Shown: positions 7,501 through 15,810 of the stretch, piece by piece
Layout of the letters: every line of letters starts with the position of its first letter
Numbering within the stretch: position 1 is the stretch's first letter
Origin: Thermodesulfobacteriota bacterium
Lineage (GTDB): Bacteria; Desulfobacterota; Desulfobulbia; Desulfobulbales; SURF-16
Length of the DNA stretch: 64,000 nt
Direction: 5' to 3'
Assembly (NCBI GenBank): GCA_049323655.1
Contig: JBMONO010000011.1
Coordinates: 21,574 to 85,573 of the forward strand
Translations under genes and position numbers: made by a program
The notes under the pieces: generated by a model
What the model was told of the DNA's origin: nothing
The model's input: only the letters and a program-made list of their open reading frames with translations
Databases searched by the model: none

Positions 7501-10389
7501 GGCACGGAGAGAAAAGTGGACTGGGTGGGTGATCTTCATTCACTGTTCGTCGATCAGTATGGTTTTATGTATGAAGATACCAATGGTGATCGCATCATGA
7601 GGCCAACCGAGGATCTCGATGGTGACGGCAAACTTGATGAGGATGAGGACGCCAACGGTAACGGCATCCTTGATGCCGGCGAGGATCTCGATGGCGACGG
7701 TCATCTTGATGTCCATGAGGACAGAAACAATAATGGCGTTATCGACGGCGACGACAAACGGGTCATCATCTATTTCGACAGTGTCGCCAACCGGTCGCGG
7801 GGCTGTTATAATACCTCCATTTTCGATACCGGTATCTGCACCAATGCCAGGGAGCTGCCGGAAATCCGCTACCTCTGGTCAGCCAACGACTGGCTGGCGA
7901 AAATCTCCAATCAACCCTTGTCCGGCGTTACCGTTCCTTATGACGCCGACGATGTCTATCACAACAGGGCCACCTATCTGTCAAACCAGCAGCGGCGCCA
8001 TATTTTTACCTGGAATGATCTGGACAATGACGGAATCGTTGACCAGGCGGAAGTGCTGCCCTTTGTCGAGCGCGATGATGCTGGCAACCCGATTGATTGG
8101 ACTGCTTTTGCCGTCAACAACCGCGGTCCGGTCGAAAAGGATTTTCAGGCGGCGGACAATGACGGGGTGCGTCGGATTATCCGCTGGATCCGCGGCGCCG
8201 ACGAGGCGGGCAGCCGCAGCCGGGAGATTCCGGTCACCGACGGCAGCGCCACCTTCGCCACCTGGCGGCTGGGTGATATCATCCACTCGACCCCGATGAC
8301 GGTCACCTCGCCGGCGGAAGGCTATCATCTCATTTATAATGATAAATCCTACGCGCAATTTTTCGCCAAGTATCAGAACCGGCGGCACATGATCTACATG
8401 GGTGCGAACGACGGCATGCTCCATGCGGTTAACGGCGGTTTCTACAGTGAAAAGGAGAAGAAATTCTGTCTGGCGCCGCTGGCCGCGGACGGCACCTGCA
8501 ACGAGGTCGCCGTCAATGCGCCTGCCCTTGGCGCCGAGATGTGGGCCTATGTTCCATACAATCTGCTCCCGCATCTGCAATGCCTGACTGATAACGATTA
8601 CGCTGGCGCCAACCACAAATATTACGTTGATCTGCGGCCCCGCATCTTTGATGTCAAGATTTTCAACGAAGAGCCGGCCTGCGCCGATATTAATGATCCC
8701 GGCTGCATCCATCCCCAGGGCTGGGGCACGATACTGGTAGGCGGCATGCGCTTCGGCGGCGCGCCGCTTGATGCGGCGAACGATCTCGGCCAACCCAATA
8801 CCGACAACCGCCGCTTTGTTTCTTCCTATTTCATTCTCGACATCACCAATCCGGAAGCGCCGCCGCTGCTGCTCGGTGAGGTAACCCAGACCCTGGCGGA
8901 TACGGATGGCAACGGCATGCCGGAGACGCCAGATTATGCGGATCTCGGCTTTTCCACCGTCATTCCCACCATGGCGATCATGAAGGATTACGGACCTGAC
9001 AAGACCCACGGCACGGTCGATGACGCCAATGACTGGTATCTGGTGTTCGGCAGCGGACCCAGTGGCCCTGACGCCATGAAGGGGGTCAGTGACCAGAAGG
9101 CCAGGTTGAGTATTCTCTCCCTGAACAATCTGGTGAACAACAGCAACGAACCGGTAAAACCTTTGCGGATCAGCGCCGCCGCGCCGGCGCCGGACGGCAC
9201 CATCATCCTGGAAGGTTCACCGGATGGCTTTGTCTCCGATCCCATTACCGTGGACTTCGATATCAATCCTTCGATTGAGAACTATAAGTCCGACGCCATC
9301 TATTTCGGCACCGTCGAAGGTGATTTCGATGCCACCGGCTCCTTCTGGGAGGGCGGCGGCCATCTCTATCGCCTCGTCACCAGAAAGCTCGATGCGACCG
9401 GCCGTTCCGAATATGGTCGGATCGATACGGTTGTCCCGCCCCTTGAGGCCGCCGAGCCGGTTACCACCCCGGCCGAGTGGCAGATCAAGCCTCTGCTCGA
9501 TCTGAGCAGTGATGTGGTGGATGGCAATGGCAATACCCATCCGGCCCAGCCGATCACCGCCTCACCGGCGGTCGGCACCGATGGCAAGAATTTCTGGGTC
9601 TATTTCGGCACCGGCCGCTTCTTCGACGCCAATGACAAGACCGATGCCACCCAGCAGAGCTATTACGGCATCAAGGAACCGATGGTTTTTGTCGATCCTG
9701 CTGATTGCGGCAACAGTCTCAGATACTTTACCTGGGAGTCGGTCGAGCTTGCTCCCTCCGGCGCCGTTCCCGGTTCCATGGGACTGCTCAAGACCGATGA
9801 GATTCTTGTCCGGGAGTCGTTTTCCAGCACAACCTCGGCGATGACCTGCCTCGACGGCACCACCGCCTGTCTGCCGGCAAGCCTTGTCGCCGCCGGGACG
9901 ACGACATTTAACTACCTCATTGATTATTTTGCCGGCAGCCGCCTCTGCACCAATCCTGATTACTTTGGCTACGCCGATGGCTGGTACCGTGATTTTTATC
10001 CTTACGCCAATCGTGAGCGCAACCTCGGCCAGGGCACCCTGCTCGGCGGTCTGCTGACCTTCACCACCTACCAGCCTTACCAGGATACCTGTCTGGCCGA
10101 GGGGCTGGCCTATCTCTACGGCCTCTATTACCAGACCGGTACGGCCTGGCATCTGCGCATTTATGGGGATTACGGGGTGGATCTGCTTGGCAACGTGGAG
10201 GCGAAAATGATGCTCGGCCGCGGCCTTGCCCTGACCCCGAACCTCTATGTCGGCGCCGGCGAGGATGACCAGACCGAAGGTGGGCCGAAGGTCTTTATCC
10301 AGACCAGCACCGGCGAGATCAAGGAGATTCAGCAGATGAATCTGCCCTATGCGACGAAGCCGGGCAAGTACAAATGGTATGAGTGGTAA
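4594..10389 (+). CDS. pilY1: Giant PilY1/PilC pilus tip adhesin (~1930 aa)
   Basis: Signal peptide; vWA MIDAS DNSGSM and TPLAEA; C-terminal PilY1 beta-propeller motifs LGDIIHSTP, GANDGMLHA, VYFGTGRF, GWY; follows pilX. Confidence 0.9.
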   Translation: MKRCARYLVRGLLIAGLILPMTPPAAIRADPCSIGLGEPPFLSFGVRANLLLMLDNSGSMLDLAYVGASGECVDNSYSPAIQYTGIYNPDKWYKWTEGVQPWKSGTTYAVGALVYSEGIFYKATAATGLASTGVEIGFDTQVTWAPAYSIPVWRHGTLYPAKSFVQYEGQLYYSSGGGTANDTDPADGLDIYDDTGVAWAPVESTWRDGAAYLVGAIVSDGGMLFKATSSGTANGTGVWDDSGVNWSRLDEGYFEETAYASSADAAAAFLAEPGSPSSHVDLFVKIVSASDGVSVVPTRVTAFAAKGNFLNWASSSKFDIQKKILTGGKYDADAERLISQSRGCANRGFFKEVTMADGKVLTLSIEGSDEENRIDSTDDTTRISVLALSASGFLTSSQYEACQDALEELQKDVVNQGQLKQNITDCLDYGGTNNVMAESNAAYNHALHDCWYYSKHGSFPVGIQDVKRSCEHIYDHDIPPATITTDSTGYICSGDYVPGVLDHLRDGYIGRCWEPATIPAGCAPVPCGPPVGTGGNPRCGTDGYIYECSGNYNAKKDECNKAWVLKLIDADGPGPGTCTAADIASASPAKWTDDNFNNTADECIQQAIEDYCGYMAIPEVIDPSDQVLATGEFWNIPAVLIDSGVASFFGGDRPLIVMKGYLKQTTKPKGVLHETAADLRIGVMAFNAVGALTECQAADPGSAIVKFCPDDNKDGARVIADVRLGTDVSVSGSGTHIDDVVKQINDTRATSWTPLAEAMYTAIGYYTQNPAMRLDNADFSLVNPVINWCQDNHVLIITEGASTADINQQVIDFVNNAPISDGDQATDAKCSDGLDGSTYLDDLTYFAQHAAADQLYPAGTSQLPSDDGSLHDKQNITTHIVATGTLRNTGDNECSPDKIMLEAAANGGTTLMVSANPAELEANLLAKFNELRQRASAGSAASVISSARGGEGAIYQAIFWPELKRLDSTGTERKVDWVGDLHSLFVDQYGFMYEDTNGDRIMRPTEDLDGDGKLDEDEDANGNGILDAGEDLDGDGHLDVHEDRNNNGVIDGDDKRVIIYFDSVANRSRGCYNTSIFDTGICTNARELPEIRYLWSANDWLAKISNQPLSGVTVPYDADDVYHNRATYLSNQQRRHIFTWNDLDNDGIVDQAEVLPFVERDDAGNPIDWTAFAVNNRGPVEKDFQAADNDGVRRIIRWIRGADEAGSRSREIPVTDGSATFATWRLGDIIHSTPMTVTSPAEGYHLIYNDKSYAQFFAKYQNRRHMIYMGANDGMLHAVNGGFYSEKEKKFCLAPLAADGTCNEVAVNAPALGAEMWAYVPYNLLPHLQCLTDNDYAGANHKYYVDLRPRIFDVKIFNEEPACADINDPGCIHPQGWGTILVGGMRFGGAPLDAANDLGQPNTDNRRFVSSYFILDITNPEAPPLLLGEVTQTLADTDGNGMPETPDYADLGFSTVIPTMAIMKDYGPDKTHGTVDDANDWYLVFGSGPSGPDAMKGVSDQKARLSILSLNNLVNNSNEPVKPLRISAAAPAPDGTIILEGSPDGFVSDPITVDFDINPSIENYKSDAIYFGTVEGDFDATGSFWEGGGHLYRLVTRKLDATGRSEYGRIDTVVPPLEAAEPVTTPAEWQIKPLLDLSSDVVDGNGNTHPAQPITASPAVGTDGKNFWVYFGTGRFFDANDKTDATQQSYYGIKEPMVFVDPADCGNSLRYFTWESVELAPSGAVPGSMGLLKTDEILVRESFSSTTSAMTCLDGTTACLPASLVAAGTTTFNYLIDYFAGSRLCTNPDYFGYADGWYRDFYPYANRERNLGQGTLLGGLLTFTTYQPYQDTCLAEGLAYLYGLYYQTGTAWHLRIYGDYGVDLLGNVEAKMMLGRGLALTPNLYVGAGEDDQTEGGPKVFIQTSTGEIKEIQQMNLPYATKPGKYKWYEW

Positions 10390-10447
10390 TTGCGGTCTCT
10401 GCTCTGCGGTGATTCTTTTTTGAAAGCGGCGCCTTTGGCGCTGTGGG

Positions 10448-10849
10448 TCAGACCCTGGCGTCGATTTTGGGCAGAAACCGTCCCCAGGTGAGGATTTTTT
10501 CATCCGCCGTCATCAGTGTTGCCGAGTTGTCGATGGCTGTGGCAACAATCATGCGGTCGGCGGAATCACCGTGAAAGGCGCGTAATTGCCCCGCCCGGAG
10601 CGCTGTTGCACCCTGCATGGGGATTTCGAGCAAACCTGCTTCCAGCAGGTCAAACCGCCAGATGTCAAGAGCCATGCGGAGAGCCAAACGTTGCTTTTCG
10701 ATCAGCATGGCAATTTCCCAGAAACTGATCGTTGCCACGCCAAGTTGGCCTGTTGCCAGGAATTCGTTAATTGCCTGCAATGCGGCATTCCCCAAGCGGG
10801 GATTTCCTTCATCCAGCCAGATGAGAACGTGGGTGTCAAGGATCAGCAT
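10448..10849 (-). CDS. vapC: PIN-domain toxin, VapC family
   Basis: ILDTHVLIW, ISFWEI, HGDSADRMIVATA, TADEKI. Confidence 0.9.
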   Translation of the reverse strand: MLILDTHVLIWLDEGNPRLGNAALQAINEFLATGQLGVATISFWEIAMLIEKQRLALRMALDIWRFDLLEAGLLEIPMQGATALRAGQLRAFHGDSADRMIVATAIDNSATLMTADEKILTWGRFLPKIDARV

Positions 10850-11073
10850 TATTCCGCGTCCCAGGTGATGTTCAGCGGGGCGATCAGGTCGTCCTTGCTC
10901 TCGATTTTCCCTTTATGCAAAGCAAAGAGGGACGCCGGGGCCGTCCGATAGGGTTTGAGGATGGAGACCGGCTTACCGTTTTTGGTTATGACGATTTCCT
11001 CGCCCGTCCGGTTCGCCTCGTCCATGAGTTGCAGGCATTTTGCCTTGAATTCCGATGCTTTGATTGTTTGCAT
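10849..11073 (-). CDS. Phd/YefM-family antitoxin
   Basis: IKASEFKAKCLQLMDE...IVITKNGKPV; 1-nt overlap with the toxin gene. Confidence 0.9.
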   Translation of the reverse strand: MQTIKASEFKAKCLQLMDEANRTGEEIVITKNGKPVSILKPYRTAPASLFALHKGKIESKDDLIAPLNITWDAE

Positions 11074-11105
11074 GTTTCCCTCTTCTGTTGTTGTATTGGT
11101 ATGAT

Positions 11106-11131
11106 ATGACTATAGTCATTACCATGGTCAT
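11106..11131. promoter_or_regulatory. Putative TA autoregulatory operator (two tandem palindromes)
   Basis: Perfect ATGACTATAGTCAT (11106-11119) overlapping near-perfect ATTACCATGGTCAT (11118-11131), about 33 bp upstream of the antitoxin start. Confidence 0.65.
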
Positions 11132-11176
11132 CCGCAAGTTTTTTCTGGTTCGTCACCTTGATCAACGGGGATTGGT

Positions 11177-11229
11177 TGACAAAAATTGTCACTCCGGGGT
11201 GACAAAAAATGTCACTGACAAAATCGGCA
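11177..11229. promoter_or_regulatory. Putative sigma54-activator (PilR) upstream binding sites
   Basis: TGACA-N5-TGTCA palindromes at 11177-11191 and 11200-11214, plus a degenerate third site at 11216, about 130-165 bp upstream of the -24/-12 element. Confidence 0.6.
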
Positions 11230-11343
11230 ACCGCTAAATTGCCGGAGACGAATGGCTGACAATTGTGTTGTGTTTTAATAGTACTGCATTATTTTTTTAG
11301 TGAAACAGACAGGTTATGGCTGTGGTGAAAATAATACAACAAC

Positions 11344-11359
11344 TGGCACGGAACTGGCT
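11344..11359 (+). promoter_or_regulatory. Sigma54 (-24/-12) promoter of pilA
   Basis: TGGCACG-GAAC-TGGCT: correct GG-N10-GC spacing, about 80 bp before pilA. Confidence 0.75.
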
Positions 11360-11440
11360 TATTACAGAAAACAAAACGAGCCATCGTGTCATGGATGACA
11401 AAACACCATAACCCGGCATATTCTGCCAAGGAGGATCACT

Positions 11441-12100
11441 ATGATGTCATTGTTGAAAAAAATGCAGAGGAACAACCAAAAAGGTTTTACCCTGGTCGAG
11501 CTCATGATCGTTGTCGCCATCATCGGTATTCTGGCCGCCATCGCTATTCCGCAGTTTGCGGCGTATCGGATCAGAGGGTATAACTCTTCCGCCCAGAGTG
11601 ATGTGAGAAACCTCAACACGTCGCAGGCGGCATTTTTCTCGGACTGGCAGACCTATGGTCTAAGCCAACAAGCTCCTGGTGCAACCCCTGACGTGGCCCT
11701 TGCTGCGGCAGCTGGTGGCAACGGTGGTGGTGGTGGTATAATAAGTGTTGCCGTACCCGGTACCAGTTATCCCATCATCACCTCCGATGATAATGCTGGT
11801 ACGGCAAGGGGGTTGATTGTCCCGATTGGCAACGGTGTTTTCGCGGTGGCGACTACTGACGCAGCAGCAGCACCGGCTCTGGCAACATCATTTGTTGCTG
11901 TCTCAAAACATCTCCAGGGTGACACTTTCTACGGGGTGGATGGTGATTCCACCGCAGTGTATCAGGATAGTTCAGCTGCTAATGTGAACACTGGGGTGGG
12001 CTATACACTCGCTCAGAACGATGAACCAGCTTCTACCCCTGCGCAAGATGATTTTGCTAACCAAAATGGCCCCAGTGGTAGTCTTTGGACTGTCAGGTAA
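11441..12100 (+). CDS. pilA: Type IVa major pilin PilA (long form, ~204 aa mature)
   Basis: QKG|FTLVELMIVVAIIGILAAIAIPQFAAYR; AGGAGGA RBS; sigma54 promoter and terminator. Confidence 0.92.
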   Translation: MMSLLKKMQRNNQKGFTLVELMIVVAIIGILAAIAIPQFAAYRIRGYNSSAQSDVRNLNTSQAAFFSDWQTYGLSQQAPGATPDVALAAAAGGNGGGGGIISVAVPGTSYPIITSDDNAGTARGLIVPIGNGVFAVATTDAAAAPALATSFVAVSKHLQGDTFYGVDGDSTAVYQDSSAANVNTGVGYTLAQNDEPASTPAQDDFANQNGPSGSLWTVR

Positions 12101-12124
12101 GATGCTGCTAAGTCTTTTTCTTAA

Positions 12125-12162
12125 AGAGGAGCTGTCCTTGAGGGCAGCTCCTCTCATTTTTT
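12125..12162 (+). terminator. Intrinsic terminator after pilA
   Basis: AGAGGAGCTGTCC-TTGA-GGGCAGCTCCTCT hairpin followed by a T-run. Confidence 0.75.
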
Positions 12163-12258
12163 CACAAGATAGATATGCACATGATGACCCCTGTATTACG
12201 CTATTCATGTTTGGATTTCTTGTCTTTCTGTTATATTGTGTAACCTCCCGATTCTTTT

Positions 12259-13002
12259 ATGATCGTATTTCGTTCTGTATCTAAAACATATCATAAGGAA
12301 ATTGGCGCCCCCGCGCATACCGCCCTAAAGATCCTTTCTTTTACTCTTAATAAAGGGGAAACATTAGGGCTCATAGGCGCCAACGGGGCAGGGAAGTCTA
12401 CCAGTATCAAATTACTGATGGACTTTATCCGTCCGGATAGCGGTATGATTACAATTTGGGATAGTCCGCCGAACAATCCTGCCATTCGCTCCCGCATCGG
12501 CTATCTGCCGGAAACCGCCAACTTCCCCTCGAACCTCACTGTCCTCGATATGCTGCGCTTTACCGGCAGCGCTTGCAATATGCCGAAAGATGATATTCGC
12601 GCTGCCGGCGAGAAGTGGCTGCGTCGACTCGGGCTGTGGGATGATCGGAAAAGACCGTTGCGGACTTACTCGAAGGGGATGCAGCAGCGCGCCAATTTTG
12701 CCATTGCCCTGCTCAACGATCCGGAACTGCTCATCCTCGATGAGCCGATGAGCGGGCTTGATCCCATCGGCCGGGCTGACATCCTCGCCCTGATTACCGA
12801 ACTGAAGAAAGAGGGCCGCACTATTCTCTTCTGCTCCCACATTTTAGAGGATGTTGACCGTCTGGTGGACAAGGTACTGGTGCTGCACAAGGGCAAAAAA
12901 CTCTTTGACGGTGAACCGCATGCGTTGGCCCGGGAACAGGGCTGCGCCACCTTTGTCGAGGGGTACCTTCAGCTGGTCCAGGGGGTAGGAGCAGATGCCT
13001 AG
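12259..13002 (+). CDS. ABC transporter ATP-binding protein (pilA-associated, XapD-like)
   Basis: GANGAGKST, YSKGM, LILDEP, H-loop CSH. Confidence 0.9.
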   Translation: MIVFRSVSKTYHKEIGAPAHTALKILSFTLNKGETLGLIGANGAGKSTSIKLLMDFIRPDSGMITIWDSPPNNPAIRSRIGYLPETANFPSNLTVLDMLRFTGSACNMPKDDIRAAGEKWLRRLGLWDDRKRPLRTYSKGMQQRANFAIALLNDPELLILDEPMSGLDPIGRADILALITELKKEGRTILFCSHILEDVDRLVDKVLVLHKGKKLFDGEPHALAREQGCATFVEGYLQLVQGVGADA

Positions 13003-13822
13003 AGGACTGAAACGGATTGCCGCGGTGGCCCGCCTGGTTCTGCTCGACGGCCTGCGCCGCCATGCTCTTCTCGGTCTGGTCGGCCTCTCCGTCGCCGCCC
13101 AGGTTGGCGCATTGTTCTTTTTTGACTTCATTCCCCGCGACATCGGCCGAGCCTCGGCGGATTTCATTCTCTCCATGGCCTGGGTCTCCGGCTTTATCTT
13201 TCTCTTTTTTCACGCCGTCCAGGTCATCGCCCTCGATGAGGAGCGCAAGGTCATCTATGCGCTCCTTGCCCGTCCTGTTGGCCGGGGCGAATATGTGCTC
13301 GGCATCTTTGCCGGCCTGACCATGCTGCTCATCTTGCTCAATCTGCTTCTCGGCGCACTGGGTTTCGGCACCCTGGTGATCATCAAGGGCCTGGTGAAAC
13401 CGATGTATTTCAGTGAGTTCAGCATCCTCGCCTATTGCCTTTCCTGGCTTGGTCTCTTTGCCATGGAGCTGATGCTGCTCTCTGTCATTCTCCTTTTTTC
13501 CGGACTGGTGCGCGGCAGTTTTCCGGTGTTGCTCATCTCCCTTTCCTTTTATGCCATCTGTTCCGGACTGCCGGTGGTGCGGGAGTCGGTCAGTCAGCGG
13601 GCCGAACAGTTTGGCGAATTGGCCGGACTGGTCGGGCTCCTCAAGTGGATGACCGCCCTGTTCCCCGATTTTGACCGGCTTGACTTCAAGAACATGGTCA
13701 CCGCTGCCGCCTCTCTGCCCGATCTTTCCCTGCTTGGGGTGAATTTCGGACTGACCCTTTCCTACACCGGCATCATGCTGTGGCTGGCCTGCTTTGTCTA
13801 CCAGCGGCGGGATCTGCAATGA
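12995..13822 (+). CDS. ABC-2 type permease (XapB-like)
   Basis: About 6 hydrophobic segments, LLARPVGRGEYVLG, C-terminal RRDLQ. Confidence 0.8.
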   Translation: MPRGLKRIAAVARLVLLDGLRRHALLGLVGLSVAAQVGALFFFDFIPRDIGRASADFILSMAWVSGFIFLFFHAVQVIALDEERKVIYALLARPVGRGEYVLGIFAGLTMLLILLNLLLGALGFGTLVIIKGLVKPMYFSEFSILAYCLSWLGLFAMELMLLSVILLFSGLVRGSFPVLLISLSFYAICSGLPVVRESVSQRAEQFGELAGLVGLLKWMTALFPDFDRLDFKNMVTAAASLPDLSLLGVNFGLTLSYTGIMLWLACFVYQRRDLQ

Positions 13823-14649
13823 GCGCCGCCCGTTCGTCATTTTTGCTGCTCGTGCTCTGCGCTTATGGGCTTTTCTTTTCCATGCAGGAAAACCGTTTTG
13901 CCCAAAGGATCGAGCAGCTTGCCCCGCCCCTGCCCCCGCTTATTCAGCGCGTCGCCCTTGGTTACCTTCGCCAGCTCGGCGGCGAGATACAGTTCATCAA
14001 GGCCAGTGTCTTTTACGGCGGCGTCAAACCCGGACGTGATCCGCTCGAATACGCCGAACCGCTGGCCGCCCATTTCGCCGCCGCCGCGACGCTGCATCCC
14101 CATTTTGTCGATACTTATTTTTTGTGCCAGGCGACCTTGCCCTATATCAACCCCGAATACACAATGCAGGCGAATGACATTCTTGATATGGGGATGCAGG
14201 CCCTGCCGGACAACTTTGTTTTGCCTTTTTTTGCCGGGTTTAATCACTTTTATCACCTGAAACAGCCCCAGGAGGCTGCCCACTTGTTGAAAAGGGCCTC
14301 GGAACTGCCGAATGGTCCGAGCTGGCTCGCTCATCTGGCCAGCGTTTTGCGAGGGGAAGGCGGTGATATCTACGGCGGGTTGCTCTGGCTCAAGGCCATG
14401 CTGGCGGCGGAAGAAGACGAAGGAATGCGCGAGCGATACAGGCACAGCATCAGTATGTTCGAGCGGGCGGTCACCGTGCAGCAGGCCATTGACGCCTTCA
14501 AGAAACAGCGGGGCGATTACCCGCAGGAGCTTGGCGAGCTGGTACCCGCCTTTCTGCCCGTTCTGCCGGATTTCGAGCCGCCGTTTCAGCTCCGCTGGGA
14601 GTCGCCGACCCTTCGTCTGTTGCGGGAAAGCAAAAAGAACGAGGGGTGA
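13819..14649 (+). CDS. Membrane-anchored TPR-like protein (XapA-like)
   Basis: N-terminal TM; LHPHFVDTY, FFAGFNHFYHL, YP..L.ELV; ATGA overlap with the permease gene. Confidence 0.6.
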   Translation: MSAARSSFLLLVLCAYGLFFSMQENRFAQRIEQLAPPLPPLIQRVALGYLRQLGGEIQFIKASVFYGGVKPGRDPLEYAEPLAAHFAAAATLHPHFVDTYFLCQATLPYINPEYTMQANDILDMGMQALPDNFVLPFFAGFNHFYHLKQPQEAAHLLKRASELPNGPSWLAHLASVLRGEGGDIYGGLLWLKAMLAAEEDEGMRERYRHSISMFERAVTVQQAIDAFKKQRGDYPQELGELVPAFLPVLPDFEPPFQLRWESPTLRLLRESKKNEG

Positions 14650-14775
14650 ATCCGGAAACGGAGCAGCTTCGGTGCATACGATTTTCCCTTGCAGATCAGG
14701 AATGGCATTGCTGTTTTGCAAGGAAAAAGCAGCGGCTTGAAAAAAAAAGGAGGGAGAAAAGCAAAAATAATGAAT

Positions 14776-14849
14776 TGGCTGGGAGACAGGGATTCGAACC
14801 CCGATAAGCAGAGTCAGAGTCTGCTGTCCTGCCGTTAGACGATCTCCCA
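14776..14849 (-). tRNA. tRNA-Gln(CTG)
   Basis: Reverse complement TGGGAGATCGTCTAACGGCAGGACAGCAGACTCTGACTCTGC...GTTCGAATCC...CCCAGCCA. Confidence 0.95.
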
Positions 14850-14987
14850 GCTCGGTAGAGCTTTTCTATTTAGATAATACGGGCTGAAAAGTCAAGGAAA
14901 AACGAGGCTGCGTTCTCTTTGGTTGCAGAGAAAACGCCTCGCTTTTGGCAAGAGTCGGTCCGTCCCGCCCGCTATTTTCTCCAGAAC

Positions 14988-15788
14988 CTACATGATGATC
15001 AGCCCGGCATAGCCGACCACATGGTCGGTGTCGCCGCTCACTGCGCCGGAATCGGTGTAGCGGACCAGCTCCGTCTCTGTTGCCCCCAGCTCCAGGGCGG
15101 CGAGCAGGGCAACGGTGGTCGGCATGATGCCGCACATGGAGATGCGCTGGCCGGTGACGGTGGCATACAGCCCTTCCGGATCGAGGTTCTGGAGATGGCT
15201 CAGGGCCAGATGATCCTTACGGCTGGCCGATTGCCGCGGTTCGTAATGGGTCATGTCGGTGCTGGCCACCAGCAGAACCGGTTTTTGGTAAGCGCGGATC
15301 GCTCGGACCAGGGCCTTGCCGGTTGACAGGCAGAGGGAATAGGGGATATGCGAGATGACCAGGGGAACGATGGTGAGATTCTCCTGGAGATACTGGAGAA
15401 AGGGGACCTGCACCTCCAGGGAATGTTCGTAGCGGTGGGCCAGGTCATCCGCTTCGATCATGGGGTCGTCGATCAGGGCCGCCAGTTCCCGGTTGATCGG
15501 CACCCGTCCCAACGGCATGTCCCATTCGCCCTCATTCATCATGGCGATGGGGGCGCCGTGGCCGTGATGATTCGGTCCCAGGATAATGACATTCTCCGGA
15601 ATTGCCACCTCGCTGAAGGTTTCACCGGCAACGCCGCCGGAATAGACATAGCCGGCGTGGGGGGAGACAACGGCGACGGCCTTTTTCTTTTCCCGTTTCG
15701 ACCCGGGAATGAGATGGGCCAGGGTATTTCTGAGAATGTCCGGATCTCCCGGATAAAACTGATTGGCAACAACCGGTGACCGTCTCAT
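14988..15788 (-). CDS. amrB: AmmeMemoRadiSam system protein B (MEMO1 family)
   Basis: RSPVVANQFYP, PHAGYVYSG, EHSLEVQVPFLQ, STDMTHYE, SMCG, VVGYAG. Confidence 0.9.
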   Translation of the reverse strand: MRRSPVVANQFYPGDPDILRNTLAHLIPGSKREKKKAVAVVSPHAGYVYSGGVAGETFSEVAIPENVIILGPNHHGHGAPIAMMNEGEWDMPLGRVPINRELAALIDDPMIEADDLAHRYEHSLEVQVPFLQYLQENLTIVPLVISHIPYSLCLSTGKALVRAIRAYQKPVLLVASTDMTHYEPRQSASRKDHLALSHLQNLDPEGLYATVTGQRISMCGIMPTTVALLAALELGATETELVRYTDSGAVSGDTDHVVGYAGLIIM

Positions 15789-15810
15789 GGCAATGCCTCG
15801 CGCAAAGGGG

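Noticed and set aside
4594-12100. Diversity-generating retroelement or invertible cassette acting on pilY1/pilA
   Set aside because: No reverse transcriptase or recombinase, and no template/variable repeat pair was seen.
14703-14719. Second sigma54 promoter (TGGCATT...TTGC)
   Set aside because: GG-to-GC spacing is 12 nt rather than 10, and no + strand gene follows.
1700-14849. Pilus locus as an island integrated at tRNA-Gln(CTG)
   Set aside because: No integrase, and I found no duplicated tRNA 3' end at the left boundary.
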